From assembly GCA_900766195.1 (NCBI GenBank), contig CAAFUN010000147.1:1693-65692 (forward strand): DNA of 64,000 nt, written 5' to 3'. The notes beneath the pieces were generated by a model. The model saw nothing but the letters and a program-made list of their open reading frames with translations. It did not search any database and had not been told where the DNA came from. Source of the DNA: an uncultured Bacteroides sp. GTDB taxonomy: Bacteria; Bacteroidota; Bacteroidia; Bacteroidales; Bacteroidaceae. Positions 31,297-40,759 of this stretch are shown here, piece by piece (the first letter of the stretch is position 1; each line of letters begins with the position of its first letter). The translations under genes and the position numbers were made by a program.

Positions 31297-33507
31297 CTAC
31301 CTACTGAACAGCTCAAACGTAAACTTACAACCAATTTCTCGATATTTCCAATTGGCAAAGCTGGCAAAGACTCCAAAATCAAAGATATGTGTACCGATGC
31401 CATAGCCAACTTCCAAATAAGGATTCAAATGAGGTACGACTAATGCATTTAAGTAAAGTCGTTCGCTCATTATATTCGGCGAAGATTTAAAGAGATGATG
31501 AAGCATAAGGAAAGGTGATTCATAAACCATATGACCGCGAAGATAATTACGAGAAGAGTTGTACCAACGTGCATCAAGCAACTGGAAAACACCACCAATT
31601 TCATCATTCCAACCTATAGGCAAGTTGGAACGCGAAAAATTAGTGAAATCGACAAAGAAGAGCTCTTTTTGATCGGTAAAGGCTCCCCAACCAAATCTAT
31701 AATAGAAATCGCGCAGTAATCCTACAGAGATATGATGCTGCATATCAAATTCAACACTCTCATATTGTCCGCTACCACTAAGAATGCCTTTGATTCCTCT
31801 CTCCCAGTCCACAGCAAACGTAGGATACTTGGAATTAAGGTTAATTTTACGCTTACCATTCATATAGTAGTACTGTCCCGGAGTCCAAGCAACCTGTACA
31901 TGTGGAGCAAAGCTACGGTAAGTATGACGAAACTTATCCATAACCTCTTCAGATGGATCCTCGGTACGAGTAATAACTCTCAGCGAATCAAAATTGGAAC
32001 GGTTCACTTCAGTTCTCTTGTGCATAAACAGCCCTACATCCAAAGTTAAACCATTGGTTATCTCCCAAGAATGACGAACCTTTATGTATAAGTCTTTAAA
32101 ATAATCCAAATGTATTTGGTTGAAGTCAAACACACTGTCGGGGATATTCTTCAACTCATCCAAAATATCACTACTATATATACGGTTACCATTACCTACA
32201 TTCAAATGAAGAGATGAGCGCTTTCGAGGCCAGTAATCAAAATCGGAATTAATAGACCAATAGACTTCCTTTCTTTTGAAATTGTAGCCCACCTTAGGTG
32301 CAATACGCAATAAACGGTCGCGAGATAACAGTGCAGTATATTTAAAATCTTGTCGATAAGACAGCCCGTTAGAGCCACCAAAGCTCAACATAAAAGGATT
32401 GATAATGGGAGAAAAACGTACACTGCCCGATTTAGCCAAATCAAGAGTATACCTGCTTGTCAACACATCTCCCAGCTCTCCCCAAAAAGAATAAGCATGC
32501 TTCATTTTCTTTTTAAAATGCAACAGGGTGTCTTCACGCATGAAATAATCCTGATAAAGCTTCTTCTCTGATTCCGACAAAGGTAAAGGACGTATCTTAT
32601 TGAAATAAGCGCTATCAACACGGCTGGCATTGGTATCGCAGTGCAAAGTATATGAGCTGGTTAAATCATATTTACTTTTCAGTGGTTTAGCACGCGGGTC
32701 AATCGGACGTTTTTTTTGAATCTCTTTGTAATTAATTAAAGCCGTATATTTACAATCCAATACGTTACCTATAAAGCGGAAAGTACCATCGGCTTTATAA
32801 AGAACAGGGAGGAATTCGTCAGCCTCACCAATCTCTCCCATCTGCATCAATAAATTAATCCGCAGTATTTCTGAGCGTCCGCGGAAATATATTTCACGTA
32901 TACTCCAAACCTCATCGCTGACGATCATATATCCGGTGACCAGTTGAAAGCTTTTTATCTTTGGAGTGAATTTGATTCTATATCTTAGATCATGTTTGCT
33001 ATATATGATAGAGTCAACACTATATTTATAATATTTTTTTGCATTAGGAGATAATGGAGACAAAAGCTTGTCATAAAGCAATGCTGGTGAATAGAGATTA
33101 ATATGAAAATAATCGGGTAGTCGCCCGTCCAACTTCCAGAATTTTGAAGAAGTGCCCGCTACGGCATTTATCTTCTGATCATAAATATTGGGAGCAGAAA
33201 AATGAAGATCACTGGACATTTCGATCATATAATCCCTAACCCCTCTCTTCAGACGAAACATAGAGGGGACGTATCGGAGCAAGTAATTCTTTTTTCGAAC
33301 ATTCACCCGTCCTTTTACATACACGCTCGCTCTATATTCGCCAATGATATTCTCATATAATGGAGCGAAAGAGATCACTTTAGACATCAGTGAATCGGCC
33401 GAGAGGCGATGCAAATCGACAGAGGGGTGAACAGATAAATCTTCCGCTTTCAAAAAAAGAGAAAGCCCAACAAAGATAAAAAATATGACGCAATCTTTAT
33501 ACTTCAA
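31297..33507 (-). CDS. Outer-membrane beta-barrel protein, DUF5686-like
   Basis: Signal peptide; LLSPLS...YYKY, RPLPLSESE, PYLEVGYGIG motifs; C-terminal amphipathic strands. Confidence 0.7.
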   Translation of the reverse strand: MKYKDCVIFFIFVGLSLFLKAEDLSVHPSVDLHRLSADSLMSKVISFAPLYENIIGEYRASVYVKGRVNVRKKNYLLRYVPSMFRLKRGVRDYMIEMSSDLHFSAPNIYDQKINAVAGTSSKFWKLDGRLPDYFHINLYSPALLYDKLLSPLSPNAKKYYKYSVDSIIYSKHDLRYRIKFTPKIKSFQLVTGYMIVSDEVWSIREIYFRGRSEILRINLLMQMGEIGEADEFLPVLYKADGTFRFIGNVLDCKYTALINYKEIQKKRPIDPRAKPLKSKYDLTSSYTLHCDTNASRVDSAYFNKIRPLPLSESEKKLYQDYFMREDTLLHFKKKMKHAYSFWGELGDVLTSRYTLDLAKSGSVRFSPIINPFMLSFGGSNGLSYRQDFKYTALLSRDRLLRIAPKVGYNFKRKEVYWSINSDFDYWPRKRSSLHLNVGNGNRIYSSDILDELKNIPDSVFDFNQIHLDYFKDLYIKVRHSWEITNGLTLDVGLFMHKRTEVNRSNFDSLRVITRTEDPSEEVMDKFRHTYRSFAPHVQVAWTPGQYYYMNGKRKINLNSKYPTFAVDWERGIKGILSGSGQYESVEFDMQHHISVGLLRDFYYRFGWGAFTDQKELFFVDFTNFSRSNLPIGWNDEIGGVFQLLDARWYNSSRNYLRGHMVYESPFLMLHHLFKSSPNIMSERLYLNALVVPHLNPYLEVGYGIGTHIFDFGVFASFANWKYREIGCKFTFELFSR

Positions 33508-33639
33508 TATCGGAACTCCTTAAAAAACTTAGGCAAATATATAAAAAAAGAGTGTAAAATGAAGGAATACATCACTTTTGTACAAATTTTAATTTTTTCT
33601 TTATACATTTGTGCTGTATAACACAGTTTTGTAACAGTT

Positions 33640-34341
33640 ATGGTGAAGATGAACCTGTCTGACATAAACATTCCAGAGTATATAGCCGCCATGTGGGAGC
33701 CTCTGAACGATGAGCAGCGAGAATTTCTCGCAAACCACTTTACGATCCAGAGTTATAAGAAAAATGAGATCATCTATTGCGAAGGTGAAAGCCCCAAATA
33801 TTTAATGTGTCTTTTAAACGGAAAAGTCAAAATATACAAAGACGGTGTAGGTGGACGAAGCCAAATTATCCGTATGATTAAACCCGTTGAATATTTTGGA
33901 TATCGTGCCTACTTTGCCAAAGAAGACTATGTTACTGCGGCATCTGCTTTTGAACCTTCTGTAATTTGTTTGATTCCCATGAGCTCCTTAATTACATTAT
34001 TAGCTCAAAATAATAATTTGGCTATGTTTTTCATCCGTCAACTTTCTATTGATTTAGGCATAGCAGATGAGCGTACGGTAAATTTAACACAGAAGCACAT
34101 TCGCGGACGATTGGCTGAATCATTACTCTTTTTAAAAGATAGTTATGGCCTGGAAGAAGACGGCTCCACACTCAGCATTTATCTATCAAGAGAAGATTTG
34201 GCAAGCCTTTCTAATATGACCACCTCAAATGCCATCAGGACATTATCCAACTTTGCTACTGAACGTCTTATCACTATTGATGGAAGAAAAATAAAAATCA
34301 TAGATGAAGAGAAGCTAAAAAAAATAAGCAAGATAGGATAA
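33640..34341 (+). CDS. Crp/Fnr-family transcriptional regulator
   Basis: cNMP-binding domain (IYCEGE, GKVKI) and LSREDLASLSNMTTSNAIRTLS HTH. Confidence 0.93.
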   Translation: MVKMNLSDINIPEYIAAMWEPLNDEQREFLANHFTIQSYKKNEIIYCEGESPKYLMCLLNGKVKIYKDGVGGRSQIIRMIKPVEYFGYRAYFAKEDYVTAASAFEPSVICLIPMSSLITLLAQNNNLAMFFIRQLSIDLGIADERTVNLTQKHIRGRLAESLLFLKDSYGLEEDGSTLSIYLSREDLASLSNMTTSNAIRTLSNFATERLITIDGRKIKIIDEEKLKKISKIG

Positions 34342-34410
34342 CTCCATGTAGCCTCTCCCCCAATCATAGGCAACAGAGTTATTACATTTATTAATTAATA
34401 CTACCCAACC

Positions 34411-36858
34411 ATGAAAAAGAATTTAAGCATTGTATTGCTTATCGGTCTCCTCATCCTTTCAGGATGCCAACAAGTTACTAAACGAAAGGAAAACATGTAC
34501 AACATTATCCCCCAGCCCAATGAGATGTCACCTCAAAGTGGACGATTTCACTTAGATGACAACGTAACGGTCACAACCAGTGGTTGCACCAAACAAGTAG
34601 AAGCTATTGTTGATGAATTTATAGCTCAGATCCGTCAAGTAGCAGACATCAACATTCAACAACAAACAACGGGTGCAACATCCAAAGGAGCAAATATACA
34701 TTTTGTTACGCAAAGCGGATTACCCGCCGAAGGATATCATCTTTCGATAAACCCAAACAGCATCACGCTCACAGCTTCAACACCCAATGGTTTTTTCTAT
34801 GGCGTGCAAACTCTTTATCAGCTTTTACCACCTCAAATTTACGGGCATCAAACTATTAAAAGTTTGGATTGGTCTTTTCCTTCGGTAGAGATAAAAGATG
34901 CTCCGCGATTTAAGTATCGGGGATTAATGTTGGATGTATGCCGGCACTTCTCATCGCTCGATTATATCTATAAGTTCATCGACCTCTTGGCCATGCACAA
35001 GATGAACACCTTTCATTGGCATCTGACAGATGACCAAGGATGGCGAATCGAAATAAAAAAATATCCTAAACTGACAGAAATCGGTTCGAAAAGAAAAGAG
35101 ACTCTCGTTGATTATTATTATGTGAACTGGCCGCAAGTATTTGACGGTAAGGAACATGGTGGATACTACACGCAGGAACAAATAAAATCTGTTGTAGCAT
35201 ACGCCGCCAGCAAATACATCACAGTTATCCCCGAAATAGAAATGCCGGGACATGCACTTGCTGCTATTGCCTCTTATCCAGAGCTGTCATGCACACCCGA
35301 TTCCACTTACAACGTGGCATGTACATGGGGAGTTTTTGAGCAAGTGTACTGTCCGAAAGAGCAGACATTTAAATTCCTCGAAGATGTGCTAGATGAAGTA
35401 ATGCAGCTCTTCCCTAGCAAATATATACATATTGGTGGCGACGAATGTCCTAAAACAGCATGGAAACAAAGCCAGGAGTGTCAAGCACTGATTAATAAAC
35501 TCGGACTAAAGGATGATACACTTCCAAATGAAGTAGATGGCAAAAAGCATAGCAAAGAAGAAAAACTTCAAAGCTACTTTATTACCCGAATGGAGAAATA
35601 CCTGAATAACAAAGGCCGTAATATCATAGGTTGGGACGAAATTTTGGAAGGGGGACTCGCACCCAATGCTACTGTAATGTCATGGCGTGGCGTTGAAGGT
35701 GGAATTAATGCTGCTAAAACGGGACATGATGCCATCATGACACCGGGAGCTTATGCTTACTTGGATCATTACCAAGAAGATCCGGAGACTGCTCCGACCA
35801 CAATCGGCGGATACAACACGCTTAAGAAAACATATTCTTACAACCCCGTACCGGACGATGCCAGCGAACTAATGAAAAAGCATATCATCGGCATTCAAGG
35901 CAACATATGGACAGAATATATGCAAAGCGATGACAGAAGAGACTATCAGGCTTTCCCCCGTGCTATAGCTATAGCAGAAACGGGATGGAGCAATAATAGC
36001 GTCAAAAACTGGGACAGCTTCCGTCAGAGAATGGTAGAAGATTTTGAGCGAATGGATGTAATGAACGTAAAGGCCTGTCGCAACTTCTTTGATGTCAATA
36101 TCAATACCCATGTGTATAATGACTCGCTAAAAGTAACTTTAGAAACCTTCTATCCGGAGGCAGAAATCAGATATACTACTGATGGCAGTAATCCAACTAA
36201 GAGCTCTCAATTGTATCATTCTCCTTTTATATTGAAAGGCAATATCACCTTAAAGGCAGCCGCCTATAAGAAAGGTGACTTATTGGGAAAAATCAGTGAA
36301 AAGTCGCTGTTCGGAAATCTCATAAGCGGTAAACAATATACCACAACACCGGCTGCGGGCTGGGCACAAGGTGATATCTTTGGAGAGAACGATGTTTTGG
36401 GTGAGGACAAAACCACCTACGGTTTAACAAACGGGAAGCGTGGCAATATTGCTTCGTATACTCCATGGGTATCATTTACATTAAATGAAAAATGTAATAA
36501 TGAGTTAGTATTCACTGTAAATATGAAGAAGTCGGAAGTAGTTAGCAAGATCACATTCGGTACACTCTACAATCCGGCATTCCGTGTTCTACCTACTAGC
36601 CAAGCACGAATTGAGATTTCTACTAACGGAACAGATTACAAGGAAGTAGCCAATACGACCTTTACTCGTGATTATTCGGTAAGAGGGCGCAAGATGTTTA
36701 CAGACACCGTTACGTTTGCACCAACAAAGGCCCAATACATTAAGATTATCTTAAAGAGCGGTGGCATTATACGTAACGGAATAGATTGCCGTAAAGACAA
36801 CCCAACAGCTACTACACTGCCATCAGACCTTTACGTAGATGAAATAGAAGTCTATTAA
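34411..36858 (+). CDS. GH20 beta-N-acetylhexosaminidase lipoprotein
   Basis: Lipobox LSGC; RGLMLDVCRHF, HWHLTDDQGWR, PEIEMPGH, catalytic HIGGDE, IRYTTDGS accessory domain. Confidence 0.95.
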   Translation: MKKNLSIVLLIGLLILSGCQQVTKRKENMYNIIPQPNEMSPQSGRFHLDDNVTVTTSGCTKQVEAIVDEFIAQIRQVADINIQQQTTGATSKGANIHFVTQSGLPAEGYHLSINPNSITLTASTPNGFFYGVQTLYQLLPPQIYGHQTIKSLDWSFPSVEIKDAPRFKYRGLMLDVCRHFSSLDYIYKFIDLLAMHKMNTFHWHLTDDQGWRIEIKKYPKLTEIGSKRKETLVDYYYVNWPQVFDGKEHGGYYTQEQIKSVVAYAASKYITVIPEIEMPGHALAAIASYPELSCTPDSTYNVACTWGVFEQVYCPKEQTFKFLEDVLDEVMQLFPSKYIHIGGDECPKTAWKQSQECQALINKLGLKDDTLPNEVDGKKHSKEEKLQSYFITRMEKYLNNKGRNIIGWDEILEGGLAPNATVMSWRGVEGGINAAKTGHDAIMTPGAYAYLDHYQEDPETAPTTIGGYNTLKKTYSYNPVPDDASELMKKHIIGIQGNIWTEYMQSDDRRDYQAFPRAIAIAETGWSNNSVKNWDSFRQRMVEDFERMDVMNVKACRNFFDVNINTHVYNDSLKVTLETFYPEAEIRYTTDGSNPTKSSQLYHSPFILKGNITLKAAAYKKGDLLGKISEKSLFGNLISGKQYTTTPAAGWAQGDIFGENDVLGEDKTTYGLTNGKRGNIASYTPWVSFTLNEKCNNELVFTVNMKKSEVVSKITFGTLYNPAFRVLPTSQARIEISTNGTDYKEVANTTFTRDYSVRGRKMFTDTVTFAPTKAQYIKIILKSGGIIRNGIDCRKDNPTATTLPSDLYVDEIEVY

Positions 36859-36897
36859 TACATCAGAATCCGCAGGTATTACATCCTATTAATATTG

Positions 36898-36935
36898 AAG
36901 CCGGAAGCTTTACTACACAGTAAACTTCCGGCTTT
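36898..36935 (+). terminator. Hairpin terminator after GH20
   Basis: aagccggaag / cttccggctt stem. Confidence 0.65.
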
Positions 36936-36972
36936 AAGCTTTGCTATTTACACAGAGTTTTTTTATGATTTT

Positions 36973-37072
36973 ACCGTCACCGTCACTTTTCTGCATTAAT
37001 CTGTTGGTTGACAACTCATTATGTGGTGACGACAACAGTGATGGCAAAGTGACGGCAACCGTTTACCGTCAC
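36973..37072. repeat. Iteron-like cluster of CCGTCAC in direct and inverted orientation
   Basis: Forward copies 36973, 36980; spacer; inverted gtgacga 37026, gtgatgg 37038, gtgacgg 37049; forward copy 37065. Confidence 0.72.
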
Positions 37073-37390
37073 TCTTTTTCGCCTCTTTTTGTTGTTTTTC
37101 AGCCATTAACATCCTCATTATCAACACATACACTTACCCCTCACAAGTCTCTTAAATTTATATTAAATACACCTATTTTGCCCACTTTTTGAGCTCTTTT
37201 AGAGTTATATTCTTCAAAAGTCACGTTTCGTAAGAAATCTATATTGTGAATGCCTCATATCTTCAGCACCTTTCTTGGCTTGTTCTACCGTTCTTTATCT
37301 CTAGCCGGCAAAGAGTGTTATAATCAGTATTTACATCTTACTAGATGTCTGCTTACCTTGTTACTAATATCCTAAAGCTATTGAAAAAAC

Positions 37391-37480
37391 TTCGGTTTGC
37401 AGTTGTAAACTGTGCGGTTGTCAATTGTGGGCTCTTGGGTTTACAACTGTAAGCCCAAGAGCCCACAGCTGCAAAACGAA
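37391..37480. repeat. 90-bp palindromic element with 22-bp period (CAnnTG core), REP/MITE-like
   Basis: cagttg 37400, caattg 37422, caactg 37444, cagctg 37466; long internal hairpin tgtgggctcttggg...cccaagagcccaca; ends are 16-bp inverted repeats with 2 mismatches. Confidence 0.8.
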
Positions 37481-37574
37481 ATTTTGTTAATGATAAAGGA
37501 ACAAAATAACACATTTGTTGTTTGTTTTAGATAGAAAAAAGCACCTTTATTCTTCTAATAAATAAATTGAAATA

Positions 37575-38351
37575 ATGAAAACAGTTTGCACTTCAATTCT
37601 ATTCTGTATCATTAATATAGGAGTGTTAGTCGCTCAACATCAGCCTCACGCTATATATGACGATGACTATGCTAAGCAGTTGGCTAATGAAGGACAAATG
37701 CCTACTCGATATGTCTATCTGAAATATCCTAATTTCGATTTGTTAATAGACGATTATGCCGTTTGGGAAGGTGCGGTAAACTACACCTCGAAGCAAAGTT
37801 ATTGCAACAATAAAACAGTAGCGCCCTTTGTTGTCAGTGACGGAGTGTACTACCTAAAACCTCAGACAGCTAAAGTAGAACTGAATGAGGCTCAGTGCGA
37901 AAATATAAACAAAAAACAAATAGCGCTCTTTGTGTCTCCCTTAGTATCTGCTCCTAAAGAAATACACTTTAAAGTATCTGCCAGCTTAGAGCAGTCTATT
38001 AAAGAATTACCTCCATCTCTTGACGGCATAGATATAATAGATTGGTATAAGACACATTCCCTATGGGTTGGTAAGACAGACTTCGTGCAATTAAAAGACT
38101 CAAACCACTGTTTTCAGATCCCACTCATTAGCTCTATCGACCATAGGGATGAAATTTATCAGCAGCTCCAACTCAAAGATACCACCGTTGTACTTCAAAG
38201 CACGGATTATAGTTATGTGGGTAATGTTGTATATAAAGGTAAGATAAGCACTTTTAGCACTGATTATGTTATACTCAAAATTGATATATATCGTAAAGAT
38301 ACGCTGGTAGAGACGAAATATATCCGTATCTTCCTATCGCACGGATGCTAA
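37575..38351 (+). CDS. Hypothetical exported protein
   Basis: 258-aa ORF with signal-peptide-like N-terminus; no recognised motif. Confidence 0.65.
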   Translation: MKTVCTSILFCIINIGVLVAQHQPHAIYDDDYAKQLANEGQMPTRYVYLKYPNFDLLIDDYAVWEGAVNYTSKQSYCNNKTVAPFVVSDGVYYLKPQTAKVELNEAQCENINKKQIALFVSPLVSAPKEIHFKVSASLEQSIKELPPSLDGIDIIDWYKTHSLWVGKTDFVQLKDSNHCFQIPLISSIDHRDEIYQQLQLKDTTVVLQSTDYSYVGNVVYKGKISTFSTDYVILKIDIYRKDTLVETKYIRIFLSHGC

Positions 38352-38562
38352 AAACGAAGATAACTATAACAGAAATAGCAAATTAATGCTGTTTCATTTC
38401 TACTCAGTGAGGATGAAAGTTTTTTATATGATACTTCTCGCGATGAACATTAGAAAAACAAGCTAACACAGCTCTACTTACACGCCCAATTATCCCATTT
38501 ATGAATAATGTGATTCCATGTCCAATGATATTATTCCTCTGATCATAGTACCCAAAAAGAAG

Positions 38563-38654
38563 AACTCTTGTAACATATACTGAAATTCAGCAAGTTACAA
38601 GAGTTTTAAGAGGTACCTGGCGAACTCAATTAACTACTGAAAGTCAGACGGTTA
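38563..38654 (-). other. Probable prophage attachment site: displaced tRNA 3' end plus flanking dyads
   Basis: gaggtacctggcg (38610-38622) reads CGCCAGGTACCTC on the minus strand, which matches my recollection of the Bacteroides tRNA-Cys 3' end. A 12-bp inverted repeat (38563/38594) follows it like a terminator. It lies about 40 bp from the phage repressor stop. Confidence 0.6.
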
Positions 38655-38663
38655 TATTCTATT

Positions 38664-39125
38664 TTATCTATTTTTGTCTATATTCTCTCGATCTGATATC
38701 ACATTATAAGGCTCTACTGTTTCCGCTGCAATACATAAGGATGAGGATTGTGATATGTTTTTTTTAGAACGGCTTCGTCTGCCTAAAGATTGTAACTTCT
38801 CAGTTAGTCTCCCGTTTTCCCTTGCTAAGGATATTATATCTTCACGCATCTTATTTATTAATTCAAAAGCTTCTTCGGTTGTAACCTCTTTCGCATATCT
38901 CATATCTTTGAGCATTTCTCCATCTCCACGCAGCAACCATTCAGCACTCACGTTTGTGAATGTATTCAATGTCTTTTCCACCAATTCAAGACTATTAGCT
39001 TCTCTATAGCCTGATTCATAATTAAGAAATGTTGTATATCCAAATTCCATCTGTTTACAAAACTCTCTGGAATTCAGACCATAGTACTTTTTTACTTCCT
39101 GTATGCGTTCAAATAGTCTGCTCAT
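38664..39125 (-). CDS. Phage CI-like repressor (XRE HTH)
   Basis: N-terminal HTH ending VSAEWLLRGDGEM, then coiled coil; divergent from a Cro-like gene; no S24 autopeptidase domain visible. Confidence 0.88.
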   Translation of the reverse strand: MSRLFERIQEVKKYYGLNSREFCKQMEFGYTTFLNYESGYREANSLELVEKTLNTFTNVSAEWLLRGDGEMLKDMRYAKEVTTEEAFELINKMREDIISLARENGRLTEKLQSLGRRSRSKKNISQSSSLCIAAETVEPYNVISDRENIDKNR

Positions 39126-39219
39126 AAGCGTGAGATAGTTAAGATGCGTTAAATACTCACTTACGTGAGTAAATTTAACGCTTTAATAGTTTTAAAACTC
39201 ACAAACGTGAGTATATTTG
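39121..39219. promoter_or_regulatory. Immunity region: three operators CTCAY-N4-GTGAG and rightward promoter
   Basis: ctcataagcgtgag 39121, ctcacttacgtgag 39156, ctcacaaacgtgag 39198; TATATTTG -7 box at 39212-39219. Confidence 0.85.
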
Positions 39220-39299
39220 CATCATGCGAAAATAATCGCACGGTGAATGTAGCTAAAATATCACCACGCTTCACTATTAACTATCAAAAAATCAATTAA

Positions 39300-39524
39300 A
39301 TGGCACAGAGATACCACGATCGAAAAAATTTTGTAGAGCTAATCAATAATCTACAAACCCGTGAAAAGGTCGTTTCGGATCTTTCGGAAATAACAATGTC
39401 TAGCACTTCCACCGTCTATCGATGGATAAGCGGACAGGTGATTCCCCCTCCTATTAAGCAAAAACATATCGCAGATTATTTCGGCAAAAGCGTTGAAGAA
39501 CTATTTCCAAAAAAATTATTGTAA
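39300..39524 (+). CDS. Cro-like HTH protein
   Basis: 74 aa; STVYRWISGQVIP...IADYFGKSVEELFP. Confidence 0.85.
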   Translation: MAQRYHDRKNFVELINNLQTREKVVSDLSEITMSSTSTVYRWISGQVIPPPIKQKHIADYFGKSVEELFPKKLL

Positions 39525-40075
39525 TGAGAGATGTTGAATTTTACGCAGACGACTCCGGAGAGATATACATATCCTATCCGGACGGAACAACAAAAATAAT
39601 CCGCGAGAATAGTAGAGAAATCATAACCGATTTACTCTCTATGATATCGGATTTAAAGCCAGACACTTACGATAAGCTGATGGAGACTTATTCTCGATAC
39701 AGCAAGAATAAGGTCTACTATGAGTTTAGAATGGTTCAGCGGTACATTCGCTGCAATTGGCCACGCTTTGACAGCAATAAAAAAGACATCGATTCGGACG
39801 GACGATTCAATAATGAAACCTTCTTTTGTCCTATCCGCGATGAGTGTCCGTTGTCCGGAATTGTTTGCAATTCTCCGGTTAACACCACTCTTACCGAAAG
39901 AGAGAAAGAAGTATTTGCTCTCATTGCTGAAGGACTACAAGCTGAAGAAATTAAAGATCGTTTATTTCTTTCCATTCATACAATTAACCGTCACCGCGAA
40001 AACATCAAGGTAAAAATCGGAGTAAGATCCGTTGCTGAAATGGTAGCCTGGTGGCACAAAAACCAACCGTTATGA
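39524..40075 (+). CDS. Phage LuxR-type HTH regulator with Cys-rich linker
   Basis: C...CPIRDECPLSGIVC, then LTEREKEVFALIAEG...SIHTINRHRENIKVK. Confidence 0.85.
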   Translation: MRDVEFYADDSGEIYISYPDGTTKIIRENSREIITDLLSMISDLKPDTYDKLMETYSRYSKNKVYYEFRMVQRYIRCNWPRFDSNKKDIDSDGRFNNETFFCPIRDECPLSGIVCNSPVNTTLTEREKEVFALIAEGLQAEEIKDRLFLSIHTINRHRENIKVKIGVRSVAEMVAWWHKNQPL

Positions 40076-40203
40076 AGAATATAGATGAAAAAATTAAGGC
40101 TATAAAGTTCATAGCCTTGTGTTCGATACTATTTATAATTACTGCCCTTCTACTATATCCTATCGTTGATTGGGCCTTAGAATATTACTGTTTTAAAAAC
40201 TAA
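40072..40203 (+). CDS. 43-aa single-TM phage protein (below the ORF-track cutoff)
   Basis: ATGA overlap with the previous stop; MKNIDEKIKAIKFIALCSILFIITALLLYPIVDWALEYYCFKN; fills the operon gap. Confidence 0.65.
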   Translation: MKNIDEKIKAIKFIALCSILFIITALLLYPIVDWALEYYCFKN

Positions 40204-40208
40204 CTTAT

Positions 40209-40460
40209 ATGAATATGAAAAGATGTACTATTAGTGAAATGGAAGCTGCAATGAACTCACGCGGCTTTATTATTGATCGAATATTTTGCAACGATTCGAG
40301 AAAAGTGAAAAAAGTAGAAGGTCGCACTCCCGTTCAGGTTCCTGTAGGAGTCAGCGAGTATAAACCGCGCTATCACCGGATCCGGTGGGATGCACTAGGA
40401 AAAGCTTTTCGCTCTCGCGATAATCAACGAGTACCGAAATACGATCTACAACTAAGCTAA
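40209..40460 (+). CDS. Phage early hypothetical protein
   Basis: Coupled ORF; RWDALGKAF...YDL ending. Confidence 0.7.
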   Translation: MNMKRCTISEMEAAMNSRGFIIDRIFCNDSRKVKKVEGRTPVQVPVGVSEYKPRYHRIRWDALGKAFRSRDNQRVPKYDLQLS

Positions 40461-40461
40461 A

Positions 40462-40746
40462 ATGGAATCAGTAGCTCAAGATTTAGCTTGCTACCGTCTT
40501 GACAGCAGCACAGAGTGGATTGATAGATATGTGGAAAAGATAGGCTTTGATGGTATATACGAATACCAGGAGAAAGTCTACTCTGCTCTAAAGAAGCTCG
40601 GCAAAGGCCGGCACTACAATATTGAAAAAGATGTAGCTGCAGACAAACAAGAGCTTTTCATAAAGCTAGCCTGCATGTATTTCAGGCATGATGGGGAGCT
40701 TTACTTCGAGGATGATTTTTCAAAAATTTACAGAAACAAACTTTAA
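40462..40746 (+). CDS. Phage early hypothetical protein
   Basis: Starts 1 nt after the previous stop; ELFIKLAC motif. Confidence 0.7.
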   Translation: MESVAQDLACYRLDSSTEWIDRYVEKIGFDGIYEYQEKVYSALKKLGKGRHYNIEKDVAADKQELFIKLACMYFRHDGELYFEDDFSKIYRNKL

Positions 40747-40759
40747 AAACAGAACAAAC

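Noticed and set aside
36941..37192. 83-aa ORF after GH20
   Set aside because: TTG start, overlies the CCGTCAC repeat cluster, no recognisable features.
38610..38700. Intact tRNA gene
   Set aside because: Only 13 bp resemble a tRNA 3' end; no T-loop or cloverleaf follows.
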